From: Phoronis australis
Lineage: Eukaryota > Animalia > Phoronida
NCBI GenBank assembly: GCA_002633005.1
Contig: NMRA01000084.1
Location: 420,320-484,319, forward strand
Direction: 5' to 3'
DNA length: 64,000 bases
Part shown: positions 1 to 13,700 of the stretch, in pieces
Layout: every line of letters begins with the position of its first letter
How positions within the stretch are numbered: position 1 is the first letter of the stretch
Notes under the pieces: model-generated
Seen by the model: the letters and a program-made list of their open reading frames with translations, nothing else
Databases searched by the model: none
What the model was told of the DNA's origin: nothing
Position numbers and translations under genes: made by a program

Positions 1-1469
1 GAAATAGTACCAATATTGAAACGAGACACTTCCCACAAGAAAAAGAAACCGTAAAACTTCCGTGCAGCATTATCCCGATGTCAACACGACTTTGAGTATT
101 TTAAATAGCAACTAGCCACAGTTTAGGTTAGAATAGAACAAAAAAGGTTCATTGGCATAATTGTCTAAAGAATAAGACTGTGCTTAACATGTCAGTCTTG
201 TTGTAGTAACAACATCTGTATATCTTGAAGAACAGTGAACATGTGACTCGTGAATTAGAATTGCAAAACTGTTGAGAGAAGCGTGAACTAAAAAAGTATT
301 ACCTGACTATTTACATGATCTCTTGCAAAACACCCATTTACAAAATCTCCAGAACCTATAAAACAGCAGTATTTCATAAGAGAGCCAACACAGTTTTCAC
401 GATTCCATGCAATTTTGTTCGAGACTCGACAGAAAGTGTCGCCGAATTTAACGGACATATTATAATGCTAACATCTCAAACGTATTACTTTCTGAGTTCG
501 TCCAGAAATGTTCAACCAGTATTTTCTTCTTCTCAAAACCGATAAAATATAAATACAATATATACATACGTCATAAACAAACAAACAAACATATACATAT
601 TTACACGATACAACAGACTTGAGCACAACAACTATGTTAGCACTGAGATTAAAGAACAGTCCTTGATCGCCAGGTGGTCACATGACCTCCTGCCGTCATC
701 AGTTGAGGTATGATCACTTAATGAATTATGAAATACGTTGAGTCTGCTTTTCACAACTATGTCATCGCAAACAATCTTTGATACCGCTTCAGGGTATGTG
801 GTTTGGACAGAATATTGTTATCCCTATCAAGGGACTGAGGATGCGAATTAAACGAATATCGAATAATGATGTCGCCTTGCTGTCTTTAAAAAAATTCTCC
901 AGACCACATACATGTGTGAAAGCGAAAAGTTAACTTCAAACTGACATGGGACTTTTTGAACGATCGGTAACGTGCGCAGCAAGTGCATGAACGCTCATGT
1001 ACATTTCCGTAAGGTGAGTGGTGGAGAACTGTTATTTTCTGAACAAACAGAATATTCTTCAAATTTCACGCGTTCAGAGAACCATTCTCTACTGTTGGCA
1101 CTGTGCGACACCACCTTATCGCACAGACTCGTCTCATTAGATGGTATCATGGAAGCTCTATCAGTTTACAAGAAAACTTCAAAGAAAATTCGAGTGCCTT
1201 CAACTGAAGATATCTAGTTATAACAAGTTGCCACTTCGAACCGTAAATCATCGTCTTCCACGGCACAATTAGGAACCAGATGCCATAGACTTCCTCCAGC
1301 GATGCCTGACGTTAGCAAAAACAAACTGCAGATTTGCTGACAACGGTGGATAACAAAATAGCAATGCAAGGGCTGGCTGGAGAAGAATCCAGTGCAACCC
1401 GCGCTTGGTCACCTCCAGAGATCACTCTGTGTAAATTTGAAGAGTTGCACTATGCAACTTCTAGAACGT

Positions 1470-1955
<486 letters not shown>

Positions 1956-4900
1956 CTATGCATGTCAGGCAACTTGTCTCTGGCCAACCCCTTTTGCAAC
2001 AAGAACAGTTTGCCAAGCTACAAGGGCCGCACCGCTATGGTGACATTACAGGTCAAGAATGTAGACACAGAGGATAACGTGAATTACAATTAACAGGACA
2101 TGTCCTATACTCAAACTATCTAAAATACAATATTTGATCATTCAATCTTTGAGATACAAAAGAGTGACAAAAAGTCGACAGATTTGACAGAGTTCGGCCA
2201 CTCTTCCGAAATTGGCCAGGTGAATTGTGCGAGGGATCTCTAGAAAGCTTTTGATGATGAATTGCTATGATGATGAGAAAAATAAGATTTGACGGCGTTA
2301 GTCGAACGTCCTACTTCACTATGTCAGTGAGCAGTTTGAGAATATCTTTTTTGCCATTTATAGAAATAAAAAGTCGAAAATTCCTTGGCCGGGTTCTCAT
2401 TGCGTTTAAGATGGTTGAAATTTAGCTCCAGTGGGGTTTAAGGTGAACGCCATCATTCATAACTTAAATGACGATGACCTACGTCACTCACTGTTTATAT
2501 CACCGAAAATGATATCGTGATATTCAGGTTTTCTTTAATGCAACTGCATGTATAACTGTTAATAATTTATTCAAGCCGCACGAAAAAGAGCTACACTGTA
2601 CGATAAAGTGTCGTCATGCTAAACAATTAACAACGCTGCATATGAATATTACTAATATGTTCGCACGAGTATTTCCCAGTCTACCGATATATAAATACGG
2701 AAAACCGATACACGTATCAGATTGAAATAAGTCTCTACAACGGTGGGTTTCTTTAACTAGAACACGCATACAATAACACTCCATTCCAAGCCATGTATAC
2801 GCTGACGACCATTTCATTTAGTTAATATCAATGCATTTGAAAAGACTCGGACTTCTGTTTTGTTTCTTTAAGAGGAGGGATAAATTAATTACAAGCGTGT
2901 TGTTCCATTGACCTCTCGCCAAACGGTTATCAAAGCTGTCTTTCTTTTCGCAAAGATCACTTCCATTCTCCAGACGCAAGCGATTTAATGAGTTCAAATG
3001 GAATTTCTTGTGCGTAAATGTCCAATGGCCAGGTCACACGATTGCAAGAAATCTGCTATGGATGTGTTCTTGTCTTTGGCAATGCGTACAGTCAATAAAA
3101 TGAACCCAATCCTTGCAAAGTGCAGAAGCAGTCATTGTGCAAAAACGAATGGGTGAAATCACAAATGTGTACAACCAAAACGCACTCTCTGCCAATGCGT
3201 TAGTTAAAGTTTTTATCGTACGGGCGGGACATTCCGTGAGGTTACGTTGAATATGTGGGAATATTTCTCACCGCAAACGTGAAATAAATGGAGTTGCATT
3301 AGCTGTCGCAGAAATGAGTAATCTGAAAATTTTCAGTGAGTCAAAACGAGACTGGGACATTTAATAAAATTGTGTAATGACTTTTACGATTTAAATCCGT
3401 TATAAAACCGCCCCAGGACTCCCCGCAAACGGTCAGCGAGTGCCCAATTTGTATACCGATTGTTAGTAGAGCAATTTTATTACATTTTCTACATACACGG
3501 ATTGTAAGTTGTGGAATAGTTGTACAATTGAGTTCGACCAGTGCACAGTTTATGTCCATCTTCAGAATGTCGCTCTATGCTGTCCGACTGTAACGACAAC
3601 CATTACAAAGACCGCAGCAGTCCGAGGCAATGCCCTCGGCCAGACGAACATAAATATGATAAGAAAGACCATTTCAGAAAATCTGAGTTTCCTAGTTCTC
3701 AGAGCCCATGTTTTCAGAAATTCACAGTGGCCTGTACTCAACTGAGAAATATGAATTTTTCAATTATTGTGCAAATTAATTCCATGCAGTTTGTAACTTC
3801 AATGTATTTGAATGTTTTTTAGAGCAAATGTTAAAAGAAGTTTTAGACATTGAATCTTTGCTTTAAGCTAAAACATCTTCATTAAAAAGCAAACAAAATT
3901 TACTTATGTAAAGAGATCGATTGATGTCTGTGTAGCTTACCACCAACTCTTCTTGTTGCAACGATTGGGGAATGTGTCATTCTGCGTAATGGTAAATCTA
4001 CGAGTAGATATGTTTGTCGACTGATTTCTTATCCTTTTCAAACTAACTGCAGCTTAATTCAATGGTTACAAACACTTGGTGAATACATTGGGGAGGCGCA
4101 CGTTTATGTATATATGTATATCTATGTGCGTATGTCCAGAAGTATTGAGATACATGCTAGTTTACTTTAAAATACTTTTTAAATTCGAAGCTGTTGCTAA
4201 GTCTCATAACTGCACGAATGGATAATAATTAATTAGTTGAAGCACGTGGAACCCACGTATTATGTTTTTATCCAATTAATGAGACATACCAAATCGAAGT
4301 CAATTACGATGTTTCTGCTCGCCTTTTTCAAAGTTAGGACATTTCAGTGCGTGTTTTTGTCAAGTACAAGTTGGATTCTAATAACTTCAATTAATTTTTA
4401 TTGTTTAAATAATAATATATTAGAAATGTCAGAGGTCCTTCGTCAAAAATCAGACGTGCAATGTTAATATTTAGTTATATACCATAATAATTTAGACAAA
4501 ATTCTATTTGTGTAATTGGCTCCAGTAAAATAATTTCGATTCAAATATATTTTTAATTCTTTTAATTAATTCGATATTAAAAAAGACAGTCCCAGGGAAA
4601 TTATTTAGCGCGAGCAAAAGAAAACTAAATACTGCCTAATTCAATGCAAAATTTTCAATTTTTAACTTGGGTTACATTGAAAAAAATCAAAATCATAAAA
4701 AATAAAGGTTAATAAATACTCAGTCAATCGACTAGAAACAAAATAACTGTGCAAATAATTTTGACAAAATTGTTAGTTCTGGAATTCGATTAATTATCGG
4801 AACATTATGACGAATTAGATATAACGAAGTGTTTAGCACAATATTTGTAAACTACGGGTATCAAGCTGTATTCAGATAATAGCTGCATATATACAGTTGT

Positions 4901-7103
4901 TGATATGTTTAGAGAATAATGGATTGCTTCAATACTGCTCTTTGTTTAGAATCGTTTTCATTCATCACCGTCATCGTTAAAATAAATGTACTGACAGTAG
5001 CGTTTAATACCGTACAGGTTGTTCGTCGCCGACTACAATTCAATGTGTAAGACAGGTTAAGTCAACGATGACTTTACACAGTGAATTCACTTGGACTTTC
5101 TCGCTTGGTGGTCTCTGCCCGTGATAAATAATTTATTCATCAATTATAAATTTATCTTCATAACGTTGTTAAGACCCGGGTCAAACATTTGCCGGATTGC
5201 ACCTTGATGACTGAGCAGTTGGTGTTGTAAGCTAGTTATATTTGAAAACTGACGAGATTTTTGAGGCCATTTTGTGCCCTCTTTCACCACAGGTACCCGA
5301 GAAAAATAGGTCCTCTGATTATACCACAAGGTGTGAATTCTTGAAGTCTAGACCAAAGAATAGCATGAAATCGATTGGTTTGCAGTAAGTAAAGATCAAA
5401 TTATTTTCAATACTAGTTAACGATAACAGAACAAGTACCTAAACAATTTTAAAAAAATGACGAAACTAAGAGTGCGCACTTTAATTGTCGTGATACAGGG
5501 TTCGTAATAAATGAACCTCTGAAGCTTGCATAGGTTTTAAGTTGACGCAGAGATTTGTCGTAATTAATTGTCATGGCTTAAGTTGTGCACCTTAATCCTC
5601 AGCCTGTTCGCATGAACTCCTTGTTGAATGGGCACGTTTTACGAAAATGAATCACTTATGTCAAAAAACTGTGTATCAGAAAGAACGTGCATGAGAGTGG
5701 GTGTCCACGCGCGAGAGTTAGATATGACCTATTTCTATTGGTTGAAGGTAACATGTTACAAAATCAATGTCACGAACTCAAGACTTGAAGTTAATTCAAT
5801 TATTTTGTGTCAAGGCTTGGACATGTTATGTTTACCTGACACTTTCAAAAACGAATACTTCGCTCAAGAAAAGTGATCTGAAAATTAATTGATGACCTTT
5901 CTAAACCTCCAAATTACCCACAGTTGGAGAATTCCATCCCAATAGTTCTTTATTCCCAAAAGTATTATTTTCGGCCCATAAAACTCTCCCTAATAGAGTC
6001 GCTAATGCGCTACTATTCTTTAGTTATAAAGCCATAACATGGTTTTAACGTCGGTAACAAATCTGCGCTTTCTTCTTGAAAGTGATCCTCTGTTTTACAT
6101 GCCGGCAAATTAGTGTAAGAATCCAATAACTTAAATTAAACTTCATCAATTTCAAGAACTGAGTCTTCTATTTAGTCTAATTACTCTGGTTAATAACCAC
6201 AATTGGATTAATGAAGGTTTTTGGTAGATTGTTTTCCCTTATTAGTCATTTGTCAATCTTAATGTTTGACGCAGATTTGCGGCTCTCGTCGCAAGAATCG
6301 AATAATTTTCAACTGACGATTCATTAGAGGGCGAGTGAGCTGTAACCTCTTTCGCTATGACCATGAAAAGTAGCGCTACTGAGAGTGAAAAATCTAACAA
6401 TGTATAAGAAGCGTTAGCAACATCATTAGACTATTTCCAGTGACCATATTATTACAAACCTTTGGAATTCGTAATTAGACACTTTGATAGAACCCACATA
6501 TATATCCTGTTTGTCAGCCATGGTGATGACTGCCCCCTATAGGTTTCACGTAGAAGCTCAATGCACCACACGGAAGTGGGCATGAGTGCCAAAAATTGCG
6601 CATCTGAATTTGTTGCGAACATTATAATGACAGTCGTATGCAGTTTGAATGGTCGGAGACGATTTTTCAATGTGGCACGTGTGACCTAGAGCCAACAGAA
6701 CAGAAAAAAACATTAAGATTTCTTGTCTGATAACGGGGTTGCGACAACCGGCAAGAAATGGCAGACGTTGGTCCCAAACGTTTTAAGCGAATTGCACCAA
6801 GCTCATTATTTGGAATATGATTGTTTGATTCGAGGTTGGACATATTTCGAGAATGGTTAGCGCTCATTTAACAAAAAGGTCATGTACATTTATTTGTGTA
6901 TCTGTACACGTTGCAGTTGGCAACTGCCAGGAAATACTGGGTTGGTTTGAGTTCGTGTATGGACCAACTATATTCTGGACAACATACACTTGCACGGGAG
7001 CAATCTAACAAGTCAAACATGATGTCTCCTTTACACAAATGACCTACACGTCACAAATGTTGTCTTGAGAGCATGTTTTTGTAAACAATAGAAACTGTCT
7101 CAC

Positions 7104-7587
7104 CTCCGTTAAGTGACCGCATCCAAGGAAAGATCTGGATTCCTTGCGAGGGTGAACTTTGATTTAACATGCCGAGTCCTGCGTGATTATTATAGCCATA
7201 CCCTTGGTGAGTTTGAGCAGCCGTGTTAGCGGGACTTGTCGCCAACGCGGTGTAGTCCTGAATTTTACAACTGCTGAGATGGTCCATATACTGTCCGTTG
7301 TGGGCCGCGGACAACCGTGCCGAATGGTACGCTGATTCGTGGCTCGTGGGATCATAGCTACCTGCCTTGGACGTGATAGGTCGTATCTCCAGTCTATCAA
7401 ATGGTGGGAAGCGTGGAAACCCGCTAGCTCCCGTCATATGCATCTCCGTGTCAGAGTAAGCGTTGACTGCGGGATTTGCCCCAAAAGCATTCGCCTCGAA
7501 CTTGCTGTCGTGTAGATAAGACTGTTGCGAATCAGTCGCAGGCAAATTGGCCTGCGCCTGTAAAATACTACTATAATACGAGCTCAT
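7104..7587 (-). CDS. Lox5: Lox5 Hox gene, coding exon 1 (161 codons + 1 nt)
   Basis: The ORF starts MSSYY (Hox N-terminal motif) and carries the hexapeptide IFPWMR. It is followed by a phase-1 donor AAC GGA G|GTGAGA at 7104/7103 that joins in frame to the homeobox exon at 1744. Confidence 0.92.
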
Positions 7588-7608
7588 AATATCTTTAGCA
7601 ATTTAAGC

Positions 7609-7737
7609 GATGATTTGTGGCCTTTACTGTACACTATACACTGTCATAAAGCTGAGCCCAGCGTTAATATTACCGACTTAAAATATCGTCATGTGGTTTT
7701 AACACACCAATAGCATGCGCACGCAGCTGTGACGTCA
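7609..7737 (-). promoter_or_regulatory. Lox5 proximal promoter / 5'UTR motifs
   Basis: Motifs clustered within 150 bp of the ATG: TGACGTCA (CRE, 7730-7737), GCATGCGC (NRF1-like), ATTGG/CCAAT (7707-7711), CACATGAC E-box (7688-7695) and CCACAAATCA (7611-7620). Confidence 0.55.
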
Positions 7738-8794
7738 GCTGACTAAAACGAGAAATGTTGCTGAACTGGTTGCCGCCTCCCGTTTCGCTTAGCCTTTTCA
7801 TTCGTTTTCTGTTGCATCGCAATTCGCTCAGTTGTCATCGCAAATCTCCTTTTACATCGTGGAAATTGCCTGAAAATGAATTAAGGGAACAGAGGAAATA
7901 TTAGAGCGCATAAAAAGGTTTTCTGCTTTGAAGAGATTACGGCAATTGTTTTCTGAATGCTGATGTTTATGAATATTAATGTAATTTTTACGTTAATGTT
8001 ATTATTATTAAATCCATATTGCACATATGGTCATAATTATCGGTCACTGAAATTAAATTACCGGATTTTTTGCTGATTCGCCTTTTTAAACGGGTTTTAG
8101 CTAGTTTCGACTTCTAAGAATGGTTACTGTGTAGTGGTTAGTTGTATCTGTCATATTCCTGGATTATAAACGTTATGCTATGCAGTTTGCTATTGATATA
8201 GTGAAGTCTACAGACAGCTAAAACTAAGACACGGTAGCCATGGAAAGTTTTTAATTTCTGTACTTTTTGTGATTGATGTATGAAGTTAATAAATGTTTCA
8301 CCCTACGTTGCTATAATTCGTATTATGTTATTAACGAGGTTCGTCATTTTCTGACGTAATTTCGAGTTGCTGAATAACGCGCTTGTTAATTAATTAACAT
8401 ACCCGTTTCATATCATCAGCTTTTTAGTTCTTGAGGAAACTGTAATCTCGTTCAGAGCGCAGCGTTTACGTCTTTAATTTCCAAGTAACAAATTCCTACT
8501 TAAGAAAGAAATTTAATTTGATCATAATACGAATGGGCGTTATTAAACCTGAAAATCAACTAACAACGTACCATGCGCACGCATCCGTCTTAGCTATGTA
8601 TATCACTGCTTGTGTGTAACAGCGGTAAATTACGCGGGTATGAACTAAATGTTTGCTAAGCAATTGAATAAACAAATTAACGCAAAAATACTGGAAATAT
8701 CAGCGGTTGAATAACTTACCAGACGGCTTGCTGCAGTGTTCGTCGATGCGATGGTGGGACTAACTCGGGTTTCGGATAATTGGGAAGACGGCTA

Positions 8795-8795
8795 T

Positions 8796-8848
<53 letters not shown>
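8795..8848. repeat. (TG)n microsatellite
   Basis: Nearly pure TG dinucleotide run. Confidence 0.97.
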
Positions 8849-8852
<4 letters not shown>

Positions 8853-10617
8853 TGTTTTTTATTTCTCAAACATCAAAATAATTCACTTTCATTTTATATT
8901 ACTTTGTTTTTATTCTATCGACCAATTTCTTCTAATAAAAGCGCGACATCTCCAGAGAAATAGCGTTGCTTCTAAAAATATAAGCCGGGTTGTTGCGTTT
9001 GCTTTCAACGTATGAGGAATTCATTTCCTTCGGTGATTTTGCCAAGCCAATTTATAAATCAAATTTACTAACTTCATGAAATTGTTTCACGCAAACTAGT
9101 TAGGTATCGTAATTTTTGCGACCTTTCAAATTAGACATATAGACTTGGTGTAATTCTATTAAAATCGCCCAGTCTAATTGTTGTGAGCGTTCTAATTGCG
9201 TATACTTTTATAACATTATAGATATATTAAACTGATTACCGCCTTTTGTGTTAGTCACATGACTATCAAACGTGCAGTTCCATTACTGCGGTCTTCCATT
9301 CAAATTCCGCTACGTGTGATGCTGTCTTTCAAAGGGCTAGAAGCCACTCAATTTTTGTAATATTTACTAGTCATTTTATCGGGTTTTCGTGAAAAAACTT
9401 TAATTCCTATCCATGCGAGTATTCAATGGTTACGTTCATTTAAAAGCCGTACTCATAGGTTCGGTCATTTTAAAGGACAAACTGTTAAAATCGATGTCCA
9501 CTATACTGCGAAAATATCGCAATTATGTCGTGCGCAAAAGATAAAAATTGACACACACTTGTTTTTAATTATAAAATCTGTATGCTGGGGTATTGGACCA
9601 TATTTTAAAATGCTGATAATGCCAGTAAATGTCATACACTTTGCAAGGACAGAATGTCAGTAAAAATCCTCGATGAAAAGAAAAAATATATTTTCCAGTT
9701 ACAGCTTAATTCCACTGCACTGACGTCTCAGTATCATCGGCCTCCCTGACAGGGGCTGGGGGGTGGGGGGGGGGGCAGAGATGTCGAGATCCGAAACATA
9801 GCGGCAAAATGCGTATTTTTTCTGGTAGGTACTCTGACTCTTTTCGATACCACCACTTACCGACTAAAACACCCAACCGTATCAATTTCAGCCAGCTGGT
9901 CTATTTTTATAGTACAAAGCTACTCAAAGGCGTGTAAGCAAGGCTAAGCAAGGTTTGAAACGCCATGATTTGTCAAGCGATGAGTAAAAACAAATCCCGC
10001 TTCATTTTTTTTCTCTTCTCAGGTGAATTATTTTTGCGAGCGTGATTAACTGCTCGATTGTCTCAAACATCAGAAGCCAGGCCCAACTAATTTTTCCTGC
10101 AATATTAGCTAACTTCAAGAAAATATGAAATGTCTGTGTCCAAATAACACCGCTACATTTATATTCACGTATCGATGGAACAAATGTATAACCATCAAAG
10201 AGCTGTTTTCGCTACTTGTTATTACAAAATATATCATTATCGTAATGCCGGGTCCTCCTGAGCACAGTGTAAATATAGGTTTGTTCACTCTATTTCTCCA
10301 TCACGATGGTGCGCGTGTGCCACGTGTGCACACCTCAAAACGGTGGGCTTTAGACTACATTGTAGTTCCGAGCATTGACTAGGCGGCTGCGTGGATCTGA
10401 CGATTGGGTATAGAAATAACGTCGATTTACTTAGCAAAGAAGGCCGGCTGTCCCATCTGGGGTACTGTTTGGTTCCATTTGCACAATAATCACCATTTGC
10501 GTTTAAAATTCCAAGTTTTGTCCGTCCGGTAATGGAAACAGTTGTATAAGGTTACTGATCTCCGAGTATATTGTGGTGTGTTGGTTCGCACTAAATGTGC
10601 AGCACTGATGTAAATTT

Positions 10618-10747
10618 CATGAGCGGATCCAAGATTTTGAGTTAGTGGTGGCCGGGGCAGATTATCAGCCTGGATTTTGCCCGCAAGACATTCCCACCAC
10701 CGATGTGCCAAATGGAATATGGGAGAATCTTAGGGGGGGGGGCATGG
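10618..10747 (-). mobile_element. Truncated copy of MITE family A (CAGTGGCGGA.../...GGATCCGCCCCTG)
   Basis: The reverse complement matches the copies at 19728 and 22123 (GGATCCAAGATTTTGAGTT ... CCAAATGGAAT ... GGGAGAAT ... GGGGGCATGG). Confidence 0.7.
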
Positions 10748-13700
10748 AACTTTATACTCTACTAGTCTTGTACATGTACGTTATCTGTAAAGCCTCAGTT
10801 CAGTAAAAAGGCTATGAGAAAGAATGGGACTACATGGACATAGGATTTTCACTGTCTCTTTGCGCATCATTTTAATTTAATTTTGGCCTTGGTCACGACA
10901 GGTTTTCACGGTCGTAAGTATTTCAGGTTTGGGTATTTTGATTAGTATTTAGGCGTGGTTGATTGCGCCAAAGTAGTTCCCATTCTAAATTTGGAGTGGC
11001 ACAGTTTTGGACCTTCCGTCTTCCTTGTTCTTTATTTGAGGGAACCTAGTATTTGTTGCTTCAAAAACAGTTTGCATGGAGCTGGAAGGAAAATGGAAAC
11101 GAATTGAAACAGATGCCGATCATGTTCCTTATGCCCAGTCTACACGTATTTAGTTTTCTAACACGACGGGAGGCAATATTCCTTCTGTATCGGTTACCCA
11201 CTCGATCCACACCATCTAAAACATGTCTTATACTTTCGTGGCCTCAAATTATCCCCTCGGAAATGTTGCATATCTGGAAATTTCAAATTGTCAACAAAAG
11301 TGATTTGGTCAACAGATGGTTAAAAATCAAGGTCTCGCAAGTTCAAATGCCGTACGCATCATTCAAAACCTTGAACCTGCATCCCGGTGTACTATTAGCT
11401 CACGCTAATGTCACATGGATATCCTGGCGAATTCCACATTATTCTCCATTTTGAGTGTCACGTGACTTGCTGTTATGATTGAAGTTGGCACATGCGCACA
11501 CATGAAACACCTCCAAGGACATCAAGAACACTTTCCGGCCTCACATTATCCTTCACAGGTGTTTCATATGTGCGCATGTGGGAACTTCAATCATCGAAGC
11601 AAGTCATGTGACTCTCAAACCAGCGAAAGAAACTGCAGCCGAATACGTCATGATAACTCCGTGATGACAGCCTTAAACAGAGTTAACAGTACATCAGGAA
11701 CCAGGCCGTTTGGGAATTATGTCGCCAACGGTTTTTGAAAGCAGTCAGGATTTTATCTGACTCTTGACTAAATTCGTTTGCTGTATTGATTGAAGGCCAC
11801 ACTTTCGCAGATGTTGAACTCTTCAGATAGATAATTTGAGTCGACGGACTTTCAGGTTCTCCGAGGGAAAATTTGAGACTGAGAAATTACCCGAGACGTT
11901 CGAGATGAACCCACACGTGCCCATGTCAAAACGTCACACCGTCCAAGCCGATAACGTGGAGCATTGGAAATAAAGAACGGTCTCTATAAAACAGTTCCGT
12001 CATTTTCTATCCTCGGAATCGGTGCATGACCGCAAACCAAAGAACGCGTTACTGATTTTACACGTTTGATTTATTTAAATTTGCTGAGCGCAAAAAAGTG
12101 CAAATACACTTACTTGTTACGCGTAAATTGGCATTCATTTCATTGTTCAATTTGCTTAGCAGGGTGGAAGAATAGTGTGCCTTTCAATCATGAATTATAT
12201 GGAAGTGTGCTAGATTGTCGTCACTTCTGGACAATTGACAGAAATAGAATTTCATTTGAAAACCATGATTATCAATGTGTTTTATGACATTGAGTTAGAT
12301 AAATATTAAGACGTTTCAGTAAGTCAGAATGCAGACGCAAGTGCAAGAACACACACTAGAGTGCAATACAAATCTATACACAAAAGTTTATAATTGAATT
12401 TCTGATTTTAGGCCAAAATTTAGCAGGTATTAGACTGCAAGCGCTTTGTCATTAACCCTGTGATATTTAATATGTAATCACTCGTCCAAACTTTCGTTGT
12501 AACCCAAGACCACCATCAATGGAAAGAAAACACATGGGGAGGGGCAAACAATCAATCAGCAAAGCATCAGTCCTAAAAAAGACCGAAAGAAGAACAAAAT
12601 GGGCCGAAGTCAAAGTCAGAATATTAAAATAAGTGAAACACAGTCCTAAACACGTATTCTTATGTTTGTATTGTGCATGTATATATTACATATTTCTCCG
12701 CGATTGCCGGGTTTTTGTTTGCAGCAACACGAAGACGTCATGAATGTAAGGTGTATTAAGTGTTTTCACTAACTGCTGGGCTAATGCCACTGCGACGAAC
12801 TTGAAAATTTTATTTTCCACTATGTTCCAAAATAATGGACGTTCGATTTCTTTTTTTATCTTTTGCGTCATTGACTTCTTTTATCCCATGCAAAACTACA
12901 AACGAAAAATAAATGGAAATGTTATGTCACGGGACAAAGATTTTAATTGAAAGTTTGTTTGTACTATAATTTGTGATTATCTACGTTTAAGTAAAAATGG
13001 CAAACAATCTCGATAAGTTATTTCTCACTTCTCCGTTAATTCTATGACTCAACACATTGCTGACCCTATATTAAGTATAAATAAAAAACTGTGTTCTTAA
13101 AAACGTCCTTAGGTTTGAAAAACGTGTTTTCAGTCATTTGCCTTAAATAGAAATCGTGAACACCAGGTGTTGCCTAAAAAGCCACCATAGTAAATTTTTT
13201 GCAAAATTTATTTTTAAATTTTATGTCCTTGTTCTTGTCTTAAACCATGTAGTGCCAAAACGACTTATGTAAAGTCACAATAGGGTTATCTTTGTTTTCT
13301 TCGTGAATACGAAATTCCTCACATAACATCCACTGACAGTGAACTTCTATTTATTACACGTTAGATAAATTATCATGCAATCATGATTGTTTATATTTAT
13401 TTTCAAATATCCAAGTAATCCAACAAAATTTCACAAATTATTAATTTTAAATTAGTGAATCAATGTATTTTTGTACTTTCAATAGGTAGTATCTGCCTGC
13501 AAATCAGTGTCAATTTTAGTTTAAAAATAAAATAATTAAAAGTTACATCTAAACTCCTGATGATGAAGAGACGGCTAATTGTTTATACAAGGGCTTGCAA
13601 TGAGCCGTTGATAAAGTAATAATCTTAATTGGACAAATCATCAAGTGTCAAATATTCACCTTTTTCTGTTTTGCTGTTGGATTAAAATGAATTGGCAGCT

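Noticed and set aside
1441-1462. Small hairpin AGTTGCA-cta-TGCAACT just after the Lox5 stop as a read-through signal
   Set aside because: A second in-frame TAG follows two codons later, and the stem is only 7 bp.
8736-9015. CVCVCV ORFs (also at 33502 and 35138) and IHPS-rich ORFs at 61864-62266
   Set aside because: They are translations of microsatellites.
10950-11950. Coding-like stretch with 133-aa and 87-aa ORFs
   Set aside because: No recognisable domain or splice structure; probably decayed repeat sequence.
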